A program made the translations under genes and the position numbers. Below the pieces are notes generated by a model. That model was not told the DNA's origin. It did not search any database and saw nothing but the letters and a program-made list of their open reading frames with translations. A stretch of DNA of 64,000 nucleotides from a virus (Duplodnaviria > Caudoviricetes), in IMG/VR virus record IMGVR_UViG_3300037424_000564, positions 1-64,000 of that record; one strand, written 5' to 3'. Of the stretch, positions 1 through 11,010 are shown piece by piece (position 1 is the first letter of the stretch; each line of letters opens with the position of its first letter).

Positions 1-155
1 GCATTACCGGATACTTTAGCATCATATCCGATAAAGCAGGTAGGTTCTACTGATGCAGAGTCAGCTACCCAACCACCTTCAAATCCATTTGGGTTTTTAT
101 GTCGTTTAGCTAGAACTGATCCTGCTCCATCTTCAAAATCGAATGTATTTTCCAT
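1..155 (-). CDS. Hexapeptide-repeat (left-handed beta-helix-like) protein, 5' part only, cut by the window edge
   Basis: 1..166 is identical to 2441..2606. ATG at 155 with AGGAG RBS; encodes MENTFDFEDGAGSVLAKRHKNPNGFEGGWVADSASVEPTCFIGYDAKVSGN. Confidence 0.85.
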   Translation of the reverse strand, partial: MENTFDFEDGAGSVLAKRHKNPNGFEGGWVADSASVEPTCFIGYDAKVSGN

Positions 156-266
156 TATTATCTCCTCTTTTTAGTATTCTAGTGAATTAATTATTTCTGG
201 AAGTTATAATATCTTGGTAGAACAAACATAGTCATATTCATTTAATTTGACTGTTATGTATAAAGA

Positions 267-1055
267 TTAAATCATTCCCATAAATTCATCTTCAGTTAGA
301 ATAATAACTCCAAGAGATTTTGCTTTGTCCAGTTTTCCACCAGCATCTGCACCAGCAAGAAGATAGTTAAGTTTTTTGCTAACAGATGAAATTGTGCCAC
401 CATTATCAGTGATCATCTTTTCAAACTCTTTTCTACCTTTAGTAAGTGTCCCTGTGATACAGAAACTTTTACCAGAGATAGAAGAATTTGTGTTAATATT
501 GGTAGCTGTTTTGACTTCAGGTTTCCATCGTTTATCCTTAATAATGGAAAGCATAACATGAAGATTTGATTTCCAATCAGGAGCAATCTTGTCAATAATT
601 TTCTGACCAATGCCTTCAGGATAACCAGTAATTGATTTGGTGACATAAAGCATATTCGATGTAAAAATAACATCGAGATTATTACCATCCCCGAATGAAT
701 AAAACTCAAGAATCTTCATAATATTCTTTCTACCAGCACCATTGAAGGTCATACAGGAGAAGATATCTTCTTGGCTTTTAGAAAAAACATTCTTCTTAAT
801 TTCTTTAACAAAATTGTCTTGAGATTTAGAACCATCAGACACAAATGAAAGCATATCATCAAATGTCAGAACGTTCCAGTTTTCGAGAGAAGTAGCAGTA
901 ACACCTTCAACTCCACATTTGATAAGAAAACTTTCAAGTGATTTGATTTGAGTTGCGCCACATGTCAGATTAGTACACTTCAGATCAACACCAGCCCAGA
1001 TAAGAGCAGTGCCACAAGAAGGACAAATGGTAGGTAGAAATGAAAAATTAGACAT
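267..1055 (-). CDS. ligA: NAD+-dependent DNA ligase, C-terminal subunit (Zn finger, HhH region, BRCT)
   Basis: CPSC..C..C Zn finger at the N-terminus; BRCT GKSFCITGTLTKGRKEFEKMI..GG...SVSKKLNYLLAGADAGGKLDKAKSLGV. AAGGAG RBS points to ATG at 1055 rather than 1085. Confidence 0.93.
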   Translation of the reverse strand: MSNFSFLPTICPSCGTALIWAGVDLKCTNLTCGATQIKSLESFLIKCGVEGVTATSLENWNVLTFDDMLSFVSDGSKSQDNFVKEIKKNVFSKSQEDIFSCMTFNGAGRKNIMKILEFYSFGDGNNLDVIFTSNMLYVTKSITGYPEGIGQKIIDKIAPDWKSNLHVMLSIIKDKRWKPEVKTATNINTNSSISGKSFCITGTLTKGRKEFEKMITDNGGTISSVSKKLNYLLAGADAGGKLDKAKSLGVIILTEDEFMGMI

Positions 1056-1083
1056 GTATATCTCCTTTATTTTATATATACTC

Positions 1084-1112
1084 AATATATATTTCTATTG
1101 TTTATTTGTCAA
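1084..1112 (-). promoter_or_regulatory. Sigma70-like promoter TTGACA-N17-TATATT for the ligase C-terminal subunit
   Basis: Read directly on the minus strand, 17-nt spacer. Confidence 0.8.
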
Positions 1113-1119
1113 TTAAAAA

Positions 1120-2169
1120 TCATCCGATAACTTTGATGATTTTGGGAATAACTTCACCAGATTTGATTAGGAGAACTTTAGTTCCTTTTTGGATTTTATT
1201 TTCCTGAATGAATTTGGCATTATAACCAGTTGCACGTTGAACGGTAGTTCCATCAATTTCAGTAGGTTCAACAAGGACTACTGGTTTAAGAAGACCACCT
1301 TTACTGATATTCCATTCAATACCAATAACTGTAGTTTCGACACCAGTTGAATTAATTTTGAAAGCAATTTTACTTTTAGGGTAAAAGGTATTTTCAGGAA
1401 CATAATTAGCGTCAGAAATAACCAAACCATCCATTGCATACATAGCATTTGAACGACGATGATCATACCATACTTTAAGTTGTTCATGAAGATCATTAGT
1501 TACATCAAAAAAACCAATTCCTGAAGTTTTAAATCCAAGATTATCAAGAAAAGTGAATTGGGATTCGATAGTCATATTACCAGAAAGAACTTCGTAAGTA
1601 TACGCATGAATATATTTGAGACGAGTAGGATCAACATCCTTAGCATTCATAATACCAGCAGTACCGGAACGTTTGTTTTTAAATCCAAGAACATCAACAC
1701 CATCCTGATGAATAGTTACTTCACCACGAATATCAATAGGATCTGTATTGCTGATGGTTTGGGGAATATTGATATATGGTGCTTTTGGAGTCCAGTCAGT
1801 TCCTTCATCACCATCACCACGCGAAGTTAGAAGAGTCAGTTTTCCATTGCGATATTCTGCATAGAAAGAACAACCATCAATTTTATCAGATACAAAGACT
1901 TCATTGATTTTTTGATCTTTTAACCATTTGATGAATTTATCAGATTCTTCAAATTTGAATTTAGTGAGAGAACCAAGGACATAACTATTTGCTACAGTTC
2001 CTTTGGATTCAGTGAGTGTTTTTTGAAAGGAAACAAACTCAATAAAGTCAAGTTCAGATTCAAGATCTTCGAGAAGAGAATCATACTCTTCGTCTGAAAT
2101 GATAGAGTTGCCGTTACGATAAGCATTGTTGGCATCAATAATTTGAGATTTAATAGAATCAATAGACAT
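1120..2169 (-). CDS. ligA: NAD+-dependent DNA ligase, N-terminal subunit (Ia, adenylation and OB domains)
   Basis: AYRNGNSIISDEEYDSL (domain Ia), KIDG adenylation motif, DGLVI, KIAFK, KSGEVIPKI. Confidence 0.95.
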   Translation of the reverse strand: MSIDSIKSQIIDANNAYRNGNSIISDEEYDSLLEDLESELDFIEFVSFQKTLTESKGTVANSYVLGSLTKFKFEESDKFIKWLKDQKINEVFVSDKIDGCSFYAEYRNGKLTLLTSRGDGDEGTDWTPKAPYINIPQTISNTDPIDIRGEVTIHQDGVDVLGFKNKRSGTAGIMNAKDVDPTRLKYIHAYTYEVLSGNMTIESQFTFLDNLGFKTSGIGFFDVTNDLHEQLKVWYDHRRSNAMYAMDGLVISDANYVPENTFYPKSKIAFKINSTGVETTVIGIEWNISKGGLLKPVVLVEPTEIDGTTVQRATGYNAKFIQENKIQKGTKVLLIKSGEVIPKIIKVIG

Positions 2170-2265
2170 ATATAACTCCTTCGTTGTTAGTATAAAAATA
2201 TATTACACTATTATTATTTGTTTGTCTATTATAAATTTTTTTAATATTCAACTGTTATATAAGTA

Positions 2266-2595
2266 TTACCGGATACTAGCATCACCAAATAATTTAGCAT
2301 CACCGGATACTTTAGCATTACCGAATACCATAGCATAACCGAATACTCTAGCATTGTCGAATACTCTAGCATTGTCGAATACCATAGCATTACCGAATAC
2401 TTTAGCATAACCGGATACTTTAGCTTTATCGGATACTTTAGCATTACCGGATACTTTAGCATCATATCCGATAAAGCAGGTAGGTTCTACTGATGCAGAG
2501 TCAGCTACCCAACCACCTTCAAATCCATTTGGGTTTTTATGTCGTTTAGCTAGAACTGATCCTGCTCCATCTTCAAAATCGAATGTATTTTCCAT
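2266..2595 (-). CDS. Hexapeptide-repeat protein ([V/A]xGNA[K/R] repeats)
   Basis: 18-nt tandem repeats encoding VSGNAK/VFDNAR. Confidence 0.85.
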   Translation of the reverse strand: MENTFDFEDGAGSVLAKRHKNPNGFEGGWVADSASVEPTCFIGYDAKVSGNAKVSDKAKVSGYAKVFGNAMVFDNARVFDNARVFGYAMVFGNAKVSGDAKLFGDASIR

Positions 2596-2623
2596 TATTA
2601 TCTCCTTTGTTTAAAGACTATTT

Positions 2624-2908
2624 TTACATCAGTTTACGATATACTTTTGGAGGATAACCAAAATCAACCAAAGTTCGATTCATTTTTTCAAGAGAATTAA
2701 TGACTTGTTGTATTGCCCAGTCAATCTGTTTGTCCTTGATTTCTTTAACAACAACTTCAATATCAATATTCCAAGTTTCAGGGACAGTACGTTTACCACC
2801 ATCACGACCATACATCAATTTAAAAAAATTCTGCCACTGAACAGGAAGTTTATTAACATTATCAGTCAACCAGATTCGTTTGAAATTTTTCAATTCACTC
2901 GAAGACAT
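2624..2908 (-). CDS. Hypothetical protein
   Basis: ORF in the minus-strand operon with normal spacing. Confidence 0.7.
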   Translation of the reverse strand: MSSSELKNFKRIWLTDNVNKLPVQWQNFFKLMYGRDGGKRTVPETWNIDIEVVVKEIKDKQIDWAIQQVINSLEKMNRTLVDFGYPPKVYRKLM

Positions 2909-2909
2909 A

Positions 2910-3146
2910 TTATTTTCCTTTCAACATATCATTGAGTTCTTTTTTGATACGTCTTGCAGTCTCGCCCCGCCAGCTATTAGCATTAGCAAGAAAATATGCA
3001 ACAACACTTTCTCCAGAATCATAATAGAACTTATCAGTGATTGAGTTGAGGGATTCCATTGCTTGAAGATATGGAACGGCTCCAAAATAAACATTCTTCC
3101 AATCTTGCCGAATTTCTTTTGCGATTTCATAGATAGGACGTTTCAT
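2910..3146 (-). CDS. Hypothetical phage protein
   Basis: AGGAG RBS; typical small phage ORF. Confidence 0.75.
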   Translation of the reverse strand: MKRPIYEIAKEIRQDWKNVYFGAVPYLQAMESLNSITDKFYYDSGESVVAYFLANANSWRGETARRIKKELNDMLKGK

Positions 3147-3188
3147 AATTATCTCCTTGTTAGTTATTTAACTATAATATATTATGAA

Positions 3189-3425
3189 TTATTTGATGAT
3201 TTTTACTTCATACCCTAGAAGTTCAGAAATCTGTTTGATTGTAAGTTCTTTTACTGGATTCATTTCCTTATTAAATTCTTCTTCAGTATATTTTTCACCT
3301 TTGATATACCATTCCTTATATCCATTATGCCATTCGATAGCAGGACCATCAACACGATGGTGGTTCCCATTTTGACTCCAGCGGATAGTTCCAGTATTTT
3401 CAACAGTTACTTCGTAAGTTTCCAT
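3189..3425 (-). CDS. Small protein with HRxDGPA repeat module
   Basis: HHRVDGPAIEWHNGYKEWY motif; AAGGAG RBS. Confidence 0.75.
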   Translation of the reverse strand: METYEVTVENTGTIRWSQNGNHHRVDGPAIEWHNGYKEWYIKGEKYTEEEFNKEMNPVKELTIKQISELLGYEVKIIK

Positions 3426-4338
3426 TTTGTTTTCTCCTTGGTTGAAATAAATATACTAGATATTGATTTAATTGTCAATTAAATAATTAACAAACCCTCC
3501 CAATACAAATATTTTCTTCATCGTAAATTTCAATAAATGAGCAACCTTTACCTGTGGGATCATGGACAGCTTTATATGTCCATTCAGGATCATTACTTTG
3601 TAGCATTTCGACAAATCCATCTACTTCAGTTCTTTTAAAAAGACGATATGTTAAATTGACTAATCTCATTTTATTTACCTCAATCATAATTCCAAGGATT
3701 TGAAACTTCACGTAGAATAGGGCATTCGCCTTCATCAAAAGTATCAATATCTTTTGATACTTTTTCAGTGAATTCATTACATTTACGTCTGAAAGTTCTA
3801 TTGTCACTTTTAAGTGCTTTGTTAAAAGCAGTTCGTGATCTGTTATAATTATAATGTTTTGATCTACTCATTTGGAAGTACTCCTATTTTATAACACCAA
3901 GGATGATAAGGTTTCCCATCTTTTCCTTCACGAATTTCTCTATATACAGTATAGTCATGCTGATGCCATGAAATAGTACCTTCACAATATGCACAAATTT
4001 TAGTATCTGCAGTATCTTCACAGCCAAAAATTATTGAAATAATAACAATAATACAGAATAATTTAATTACATTTTTCATTTACAATTCTCCAATCTTTTG
4101 AGTTGTTTTCTTTTACGTTTTTCTTCTGCTTTACTTTCAATTTTTTCATAAGGAACTTTTGGTTTCTTTGCATATTTTCTGGAAATACGGTCTAACCCAG
4201 ATGAAAATGATTCAAGACCCATTCCCATACATAATCCATCCATTGTAGCCATATATAAACTATCTGTTAATAATACTTTGGGCGTCCTATTTGTTACTGT
4301 TTCTATATTAGAATTTTCTTTATGCATTATATTATCTC

Positions 4339-4725
4339 CTAGTCAATGTTTGAATAAACATAAATACCTTTAATACCAGCCAAAGTGAATACTTTAGCAG
4401 CAGCATAAGCACATGCCTCATTCAGACCCCATTCTTGGCGACCAGAATATTTATGTTTGAGAAAAATTGCACCATTATAACCATTTTGGATTTTCTTAAT
4501 ATATTTGGAGAAAGCAGTGCGTTTATCAGTAATACGAATATGAACCATGCCGCACACATCAAGCATAGTTCCTAGACAAGGACCATATTGTTTGCCTGTC
4601 AGAACATCAGCATTATAAACAGCAAAAACTGGTTTGGTATGTTCATCCACCCATTTCTGACCTGCTTCTTCAGCCGCTTTCGTTGCCTGAGCAATTACAT
4701 CATCAAATCCATTTTGAGTTTTCAT
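4339..4725 (-). CDS. Hypothetical phage protein
   Basis: AAGGAG RBS; TTGACA promoter upstream near 4795. Confidence 0.75.
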   Translation of the reverse strand: MKTQNGFDDVIAQATKAAEEAGQKWVDEHTKPVFAVYNADVLTGKQYGPCLGTMLDVCGMVHIRITDKRTAFSKYIKKIQNGYNGAIFLKHKYSGRQEWGLNEACAYAAAKVFTLAGIKGIYVYSNID

Positions 4726-4893
4726 AAGTCTCCTTTAAATTAAAAAGTCTTCTTAGTTAGTAGCTAAGAAGACTTTAAATTATAATTGAATTGTTGTCAA
4801 TATTTATTTTTGATGAGATTTAAATCCTTTATATCTATTTGCTCCAGCGGCAACTAAGGTTGATTATAACATCAGATTCCAGATCTGTCAAAT

Positions 4894-5190
4894 TTAAAGG
4901 CTGGATGTGATTGCACTTCCTTGCACTACTGTTCCTGAAAACCCACCAACAAATGAATCACCAACTCTAACTGCTTGTTTTCCTTCAATAAATAACACAG
5001 AAGAGGATGCGACAAGAGTTCCTGTATGACCACAATTACCTATAACTATATCACCATTTAACCCTGCTGGCAACCCATCAATAGATGCGATAGCTGAAGT
5101 GGCTAAAACAATTCCAGTCATAGGAATTGGTGAATTATGTAGAGTACAAACACCAACACAAGTATCACCATGTCGAGCTAAAGGAATCAT
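4894..5190 (-). CDS. PAAR-like spike tip protein (gp5.4-like)
   Basis: LARHGD, CGHTG, IEGKQAVRVGD PAAR-type repeats with metal ligands. Confidence 0.88.
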   Translation of the reverse strand: MIPLARHGDTCVGVCTLHNSPIPMTGIVLATSAIASIDGLPAGLNGDIVIGNCGHTGTLVASSSVLFIEGKQAVRVGDSFVGGFSGTVVQGSAITSSL

Positions 5191-5963
5191 GAGTTAACTC
5201 CTTTAATAGTCCAGTTATGCTTTTCTAATAATTCTGCATAACCATAATCTTCTAATAATATAGTTTTTACATCTAGACCAGTTAAAATAGTCTTAGGTTT
5301 CCCGTATACCTTATACACCATCAAATCTGTTGAAGAATTAAGTATACTTTGTTGTAAATTTATAAGATTAGTAATATCACTTGTTACGCTATCATCAATA
5401 ATAACGTCAAGTGCTGATAATGATGCTGAGATATAACCTTTTGCAGTTATATAAGTTGCTGATGCTTCAGGAGTACTTAATTCTTCATCAGCATACCACA
5501 TTTTATAGTTTAATAAATCTGTATTGGTAGAAATTGGATTGCCATCAAATCCAGAAACAGAAACACCTGTCATAACAAATCCAGTATAATCAGGTAATTC
5601 ATAATTTATAGAATTAAAAATATCAATAGCACTAGCAGATACACTTTCAATTGGATCTGCACCTTCTGTAATCATTACATCTTTATTGTTGATATAAGAA
5701 TATAAAGACAATAAAGTTTGTTTGAATGTATTTAATAGATTAGTGCTATTAATATAATTATTAAAATGAACTTCTGTATTATTTAATTCCGATGTTAATG
5801 TAGACAACATTTCTGATTCGTTAATATATTGTGGAGTACCTGCATAAGATGAATTTACACTGGTGACAGCATAACTATAAAAATCATTAACACCACTAGA
5901 TACTGTTACAGTCCAATAATCAATTGCTTCTTGCTTCCATGTTTCAAAATCAATCAGTTTCAT
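5187..5963 (-). CDS. Hypothetical virion-associated protein
   Basis: Lies between the sheath and PAAR genes; no motif recognised. Confidence 0.65.
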   Translation of the reverse strand: MKLIDFETWKQEAIDYWTVTVSSGVNDFYSYAVTSVNSSYAGTPQYINESEMLSTLTSELNNTEVHFNNYINSTNLLNTFKQTLLSLYSYINNKDVMITEGADPIESVSASAIDIFNSINYELPDYTGFVMTGVSVSGFDGNPISTNTDLLNYKMWYADEELSTPEASATYITAKGYISASLSALDVIIDDSVTSDITNLINLQQSILNSSTDLMVYKVYGKPKTILTGLDVKTILLEDYGYAELLEKHNWTIKGVNS

Positions 5964-5995
5964 ATATACTCCATTTTATTTTTATTTATCCAAAT

Positions 5996-6026
5996 AAAAA
6001 GGGACTAGATTTCTCTAGTCCCTTTT
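5996..6026 (-). terminator. Rho-independent terminator after the tail sheath gene
   Basis: AAAAGGGACTAG / CTAGTCCCTTTT inverted repeat with T-run. Confidence 0.8.
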
Positions 6027-6047
6027 GTTAAACTATGTTGGATGTTA

Positions 6048-8585
6048 TTAAAATGAACCGACATACTCTTGGAAACTGGCTCCAGTAGGAACAACGATAG
6101 CACTTACGCGAATGAATTCTGCAACTTTAGTAGGTTGTAGATAGATATCAATAACAAGACCATTTGAATCAATAACTTGACTTGTATTGTTAGATTCATC
6201 GATAACTAGTTTGTAAGCATATAGACCTCTACGTGCTTGAACTGTACGTAGGAATGGGTCGATGATGTTAAACAAACGAGTTCTAGTGAATGTATCATTA
6301 AACTCGAAAAGACCAATATTTGAAGCAGTAGCAATTGATTTTTCAAGGTAGATAAGAAGTCTACGAACGTTAACTCTATCAAAAGCTGAAGGAGTTGCAG
6401 TAGCAGTCTTTTGACCCCAAACAATAGCAGAACCTTCACCTGCAATTGCCATGATTGGATTGATACTATTTACATATAGTTCATCTCTATTTTGTTTATT
6501 AGGGTTGAATGCAAGTTTAATAGCATTTTTGATAACACCGCGAAGTGTACCAGCAACAGCCCACCAAGGATCATTAGTATTATCAGTTTGTGCATATAGA
6601 CCAGCAAGGTCGCCTGATACGTTAACCCAACGATTCACATTATTAAATTTATCATATTGATATTTCATGTTACCATAAACAGCAGTGTATGTACCAAATG
6701 TATAGAAAATTTTACCATCAAAATCTACTTGTGAACCAAAATTATCAAGAAGATAAGAAGTACAATCAGTGTTTGATTTTGTTGAAAGATAAGCATAATC
6801 AAAAGGAGCAACAATAGCCATACAGTCTTTACGAGATTCTGCTATAGTTGATGCATAGTTCATATCAAGTGCATGACAAATCAGAATATTAATGTCAAAA
6901 GATTCAGGATCAGCAAACATAGAATAAGCTTGCATGATATCACCTTGAGTATAACCAAAAGCATCATATACTACTTTGCCATATTCAACTTTTTGAGGAT
7001 AAATTGTAGCTGAAAGAGCAGGAGTACTTAAAATTTTAGGCAAAGCAGTTGGACCTGTATCTACACGTTGACTAGTAGTGCTACCAATTTTACAATATAG
7101 TGATTCAGAAGTTTTGAAGAATAAATCTTCAGCATAAATCAAGCTACCATTAACGTCTCTAGCATCTGGTGTATATGAAGCAATACTTTGTTCAAAACTC
7201 TCATAAAGACCAGAATCATTTTTACGAAGTACAACTACAGCAAATTCACCATTTGCATAGTTAGGTGGATATTCAAAAATTTTATTAAAAGGTAGTAATG
7301 ACTGAGCAATCACGCTAACAGGTTCGCCACCAGAAAGAGATAGAGTCATTCTAGTTTTTTGAATAAGACCAGCATCGTATACTTTATCAAAGTAGTTGAT
7401 ACCAGTAATTAAACTATCAAGAGTAATAATAGAAGTAGCAATAGATAAAGAAGATGAGACACTTACATCAAGAGGAGCAGGAGAAACAAATGTAATTTTA
7501 TTTAATGTTTCATCAACAGAAGCAACAATTAGTGAAAAAGTTTCATCAATATCAACTACTACACCGGGTTCTAGAATAAAACCGGGTTGTAGATATAATT
7601 CAGTAGCACCAGCTTCAATACCAAATTGAACGTTAGCATTATTATATGCAGTATATGCAACATATTGTATTTCATTCAATGATAGTGGACCAGTAGATAC
7701 TTCAGCAGAAGAATTATTTAAAGTTACTATATATTCTAGAGCATTGTTAGGATTATTTTGAATATTAGTAACATAAGCAGGTACAGCAAAAGCAGTAGCT
7801 GAATATGCACCTTTTTTTAAGGTAAATCCTTCTTTAAGAGCATAAAAATTAATACCACCAGCAACAGGAGTCTCACCAGAAACTACATTAGCCCACATAG
7901 GACCAATATCAACAGCATCAATAGTTCTATCAAAAGTAATAGTAGCAGTTGCACTAGTAGATTGACTAACAGTAGTAACAGTAGCTAATTTTGAACCATT
8001 AAGAATTACTTTAGAACCATTAGTTAAAGTAGGGACACCAGAAGCAGTAACGCTAGTAGTTCCAATTGCATTAGTAACATTAGCGAAAAATTCCAAACCA
8101 ATTGGAGATTTGAAGTATTTTGGAGTTGAGCAGATACCAAGAGCATATCTTTGATTAGAAGTAATTTCTCTATTGAAGAAATATAGAGATTCAGCGGCAT
8201 CACTGAAATTCTCAAGAGTATTTTCTGCAACGCGAGGATTGAAGAGATTTTCTTGAGCTAGATTTGATGAACCGGCAGTTCCAGTAATACCAATACCAGC
8301 ATTTTTTACAGTAGTATTAGCATCGATAGGTCTAACGACATAAAGTGATGATGAATATTGTAAAAAATTCCAACATTGAAACCAATCTTGGTAGTTAGCA
8401 GTATTTGGCTTGCCAAATTTGCTAATTAAGTCAGTTTCATTTGTAATAGAAGTGATATCTAATGCTGGTCCTTGATCTGCTCTTAGTATCATACCTGTTT
8501 TAGCAGAAGGTAGATTAGGAACACTTCCTGTTAGATTGATTTCACGAACGGTAACTGCGGGACTTAGTGAAAATCCTAAAGCCAT
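6048..8585 (-). CDS. gp18: Tail sheath protein (T4 gp18-like, with internal insertion)
   Basis: LSPAVTVREINLT N-terminus; WWAVAGTLRG, RDELYVNSINPI, FDRVNVRRLLIYLEKSI, FEFNDTFTR. Late promoter TATAAATA upstream. Confidence 0.96.
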   Translation of the reverse strand: MALGFSLSPAVTVREINLTGSVPNLPSAKTGMILRADQGPALDITSITNETDLISKFGKPNTANYQDWFQCWNFLQYSSSLYVVRPIDANTTVKNAGIGITGTAGSSNLAQENLFNPRVAENTLENFSDAAESLYFFNREITSNQRYALGICSTPKYFKSPIGLEFFANVTNAIGTTSVTASGVPTLTNGSKVILNGSKLATVTTVSQSTSATATITFDRTIDAVDIGPMWANVVSGETPVAGGINFYALKEGFTLKKGAYSATAFAVPAYVTNIQNNPNNALEYIVTLNNSSAEVSTGPLSLNEIQYVAYTAYNNANVQFGIEAGATELYLQPGFILEPGVVVDIDETFSLIVASVDETLNKITFVSPAPLDVSVSSSLSIATSIITLDSLITGINYFDKVYDAGLIQKTRMTLSLSGGEPVSVIAQSLLPFNKIFEYPPNYANGEFAVVVLRKNDSGLYESFEQSIASYTPDARDVNGSLIYAEDLFFKTSESLYCKIGSTTSQRVDTGPTALPKILSTPALSATIYPQKVEYGKVVYDAFGYTQGDIMQAYSMFADPESFDINILICHALDMNYASTIAESRKDCMAIVAPFDYAYLSTKSNTDCTSYLLDNFGSQVDFDGKIFYTFGTYTAVYGNMKYQYDKFNNVNRWVNVSGDLAGLYAQTDNTNDPWWAVAGTLRGVIKNAIKLAFNPNKQNRDELYVNSINPIMAIAGEGSAIVWGQKTATATPSAFDRVNVRRLLIYLEKSIATASNIGLFEFNDTFTRTRLFNIIDPFLRTVQARRGLYAYKLVIDESNNTSQVIDSNGLVIDIYLQPTKVAEFIRVSAIVVPTGASFQEYVGSF

Positions 8586-8682
8586 AATTATAATTCCTTT
8601 CTTGTTATGTTTCTATTTGTGTACATTTATTTATAAAAATAATTTTTAATTTTGGTAAAGAATATTTTTCATAAATAATAAG

Positions 8683-10098
8683 TTATAACCAATGGAAATC
8701 TCCTTTTGGAATTTCTAAATCATCATCAGGCATAACAATGTCTAATAGTGAATCATCTTCTTTTACCCCACTATCACCTATGATTTTTGCAAGTTCTGCG
8801 TTATTTTCAATCAAACCAACATCTAGACCTTCAGCCAATAAGAAAAATATGGAAGCAATCAATGACATAATTAAGTCATCTTGATATCCCTTCTCAGCTT
8901 CATATGACATTTTCTTTTTAATGAATGTACTTAATTGTGAAATAGTATCAAAATCTCTTAATATTAATTTACTGTGTTCAATTAATAATCTTAAGTTTTC
9001 ACACCCAAGTCTTTTTGTTTTCTTTGTAGTTCTAAAACCGGGAAGACTACCTTTCTCGAAATACACATTTTCATATTCGAGATCGAAGTGAAGCATGTTT
9101 GCTACTTCTTGTCCTATTTCATTATTTTCAACAAACACAATCGCATTATTAAAGTAATGACCTAATGTAAAAATTATTTCTGGTGATTGTAAATATGACA
9201 CTCCTTTTTTAGCAAAGAAAACGCATACCTGTCTAATAGGGAAAACAGTTATATCTAACACTTGCATACCTAAAGCATCACCAATACTTTCTTCTGTCAT
9301 TTTTGCTGAGTCAGCGCCGATAACATATTGATGACCTTTTTTAACATCTTCATATAGTTTGAAATAAGGATGAAGTCTAGCATCAAACTTATCTAACAAA
9401 GTACTTTCGTTTAATGCTTCTGCGTGTTTCAATTCAGTTATAACTTTAGGATCTACAAGAGTAGTTATAGAACCTAATGCTTGATTACCATATTCCTGAT
9501 TGAATCTTGTTTGTCCGATGTTAGCAATAGTTTCTGCTTTCCATTTTTCATCTCTACCGGGAACTTCCCACCAATCAACTCTAATTGGTTCGAATTCACT
9601 TGCTCCTTCTGTAGCATCATTCCAGTCACGATAGAAATGGTTTAGACCACAAAATGTAGAAACATATATTACTCTTGATGTAGGAGAAGATGAAACTGTA
9701 GGATAAACAGAAGATAAGAAAGCATCCCAAAGATTATGTGGAATGAAAGCACGTTCATCAATAATTAGACAATTATGTACACTTATACCATTACAAATAA
9801 ATGAGTTGTTATCTTTGACATTTAGTAAGTCAAATACTTCATTATTTTCATAAAATATTTCCTTACAAATAATTTCATCTATACCATTTTCAGTAATGAC
9901 GGTATCACCTATTTTAAGTTCAATAGCTTCAATAAAGTTATTGGGAGTTTCTATTAGATGTTCAATTGTACATGTTAAATTATAACCATTACTTGTTTCT
10001 ATATATATCATTTCATTTCTGGAATTAATAGAAATTCCATCAAAATCTTTAAATCCATCTTTAGTTAAAACTTCATATATGTTATTTTCTTTTACCAT
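8683..10098 (-). CDS. gp17: Terminase large subunit C-part fused to a split-intein C fragment (IntC 9772..10098)
   Basis: IntC ends NGISVHN|C, followed by Walker B LIIDE, YVSTFCGLNHFY, RFNQEY and nuclease GADSA/DDLIMS. Likely start is MVKENN at 10098. Confidence 0.93.
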   Translation of the reverse strand: MVKENNIYEVLTKDGFKDFDGISINSRNEMIYIETSNGYNLTCTIEHLIETPNNFIEAIELKIGDTVITENGIDEIICKEIFYENNEVFDLLNVKDNNSFICNGISVHNCLIIDERAFIPHNLWDAFLSSVYPTVSSSPTSRVIYVSTFCGLNHFYRDWNDATEGASEFEPIRVDWWEVPGRDEKWKAETIANIGQTRFNQEYGNQALGSITTLVDPKVITELKHAEALNESTLLDKFDARLHPYFKLYEDVKKGHQYVIGADSAKMTEESIGDALGMQVLDITVFPIRQVCVFFAKKGVSYLQSPEIIFTLGHYFNNAIVFVENNEIGQEVANMLHFDLEYENVYFEKGSLPGFRTTKKTKRLGCENLRLLIEHSKLILRDFDTISQLSTFIKKKMSYEAEKGYQDDLIMSLIASIFFLLAEGLDVGLIENNAELAKIIGDSGVKEDDSLLDIVMPDDDLEIPKGDFHWL

Positions 10099-10972
10099 AC
10101 CCATACTTAAATCCTTCTGGTAATTCATCTGATTCTAAAATATATTTTCTTTCATTCGTTACTTCATTATAAATCCATTTCATTCCTTTATTTTTAGCTG
10201 GTGAATTTTCAAATCTTCTTTTTTGTGCTTCTTTCATATTTTGTTTTGCTTCTTCACTACGTTTCATTCCTCTGTGTGTGTCAGCAGTTTTTTTAATTTT
10301 TTCTGGATTGTTGTTTATTTTATTTTGCCAATCATGAATTCGACCTTCATGTTGTTCTCTTATTTGTTGTTTACTTTCTTCCGTATGATTGCCCCAAGAT
10401 TTACCTAATCGTTTTTGTCTTAAGATTTCTTTTGTTTCATCTGTATGGTGTTTCCCTTTAAAACTGTTTGAACATTTTTGTTTAAATTCATCTGTTATAA
10501 ATGATTTATCTCTATTAGAGAAAATGTCAATCATTCTATCTTTATTTTCATCCCAAAATTGTTTACTTGCTTTTGAAATTTTTTCTTTGTGTTCGTCTGT
10601 TGGTTTATACCAACTATTATTCTGTTGGATTGTAGCAATTGTTTCTTTAGAATGAGTTTTTCCATAGAAAGGATTGTTTTCACCATACATTACAGGATTT
10701 ATATTCCCACCTTCTGAAATATTATAAGTATCTTCCCTTAATGTAAATTCCTTTGTTACATATTCTTTTTCTTTTTCAAACGCATGAGTTACTTCATCAT
10801 TATTGAATATGTGTAAATATTCTCTTTTAAAATTTTCTTTTCCATATTTCTTTAGTGCTCGTTTTATTAACTTACCACTTCCATAATAATTATCATTTAA
10901 AATATCTGTTCTATGAACTCCAATATAAATTTTATTGTTTATTAAATTTGTTATCTTATACACAACTACCAT
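10082..10972 (-). mobile_element. Free-standing GIY-YIG homing endonuclease with NUMOD3-like repeats
   Basis: VYKITNLINNKIYIGVH..YYGSG; NPFYGKTHSKET, KGKHHTDETK. AGGAG RBS before ATG at 10972; TATAAATA at 10999..11006. Confidence 0.92.
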
Positions 10973-11010
10973 AATGCACACTCCTGAATGTTTTATCTTA
11001 TTTATAAAAT

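Larger units (their letters stand above)
1..2606. repeat. Exact direct repeat of at least 166 bp (1..166 = 2441..2606) bracketing the split ligase genes
   Basis: Base-by-base match at offset 2440 that ends just past the RBS; the left extent of copy 1 lies outside the window. Confidence 0.95.
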
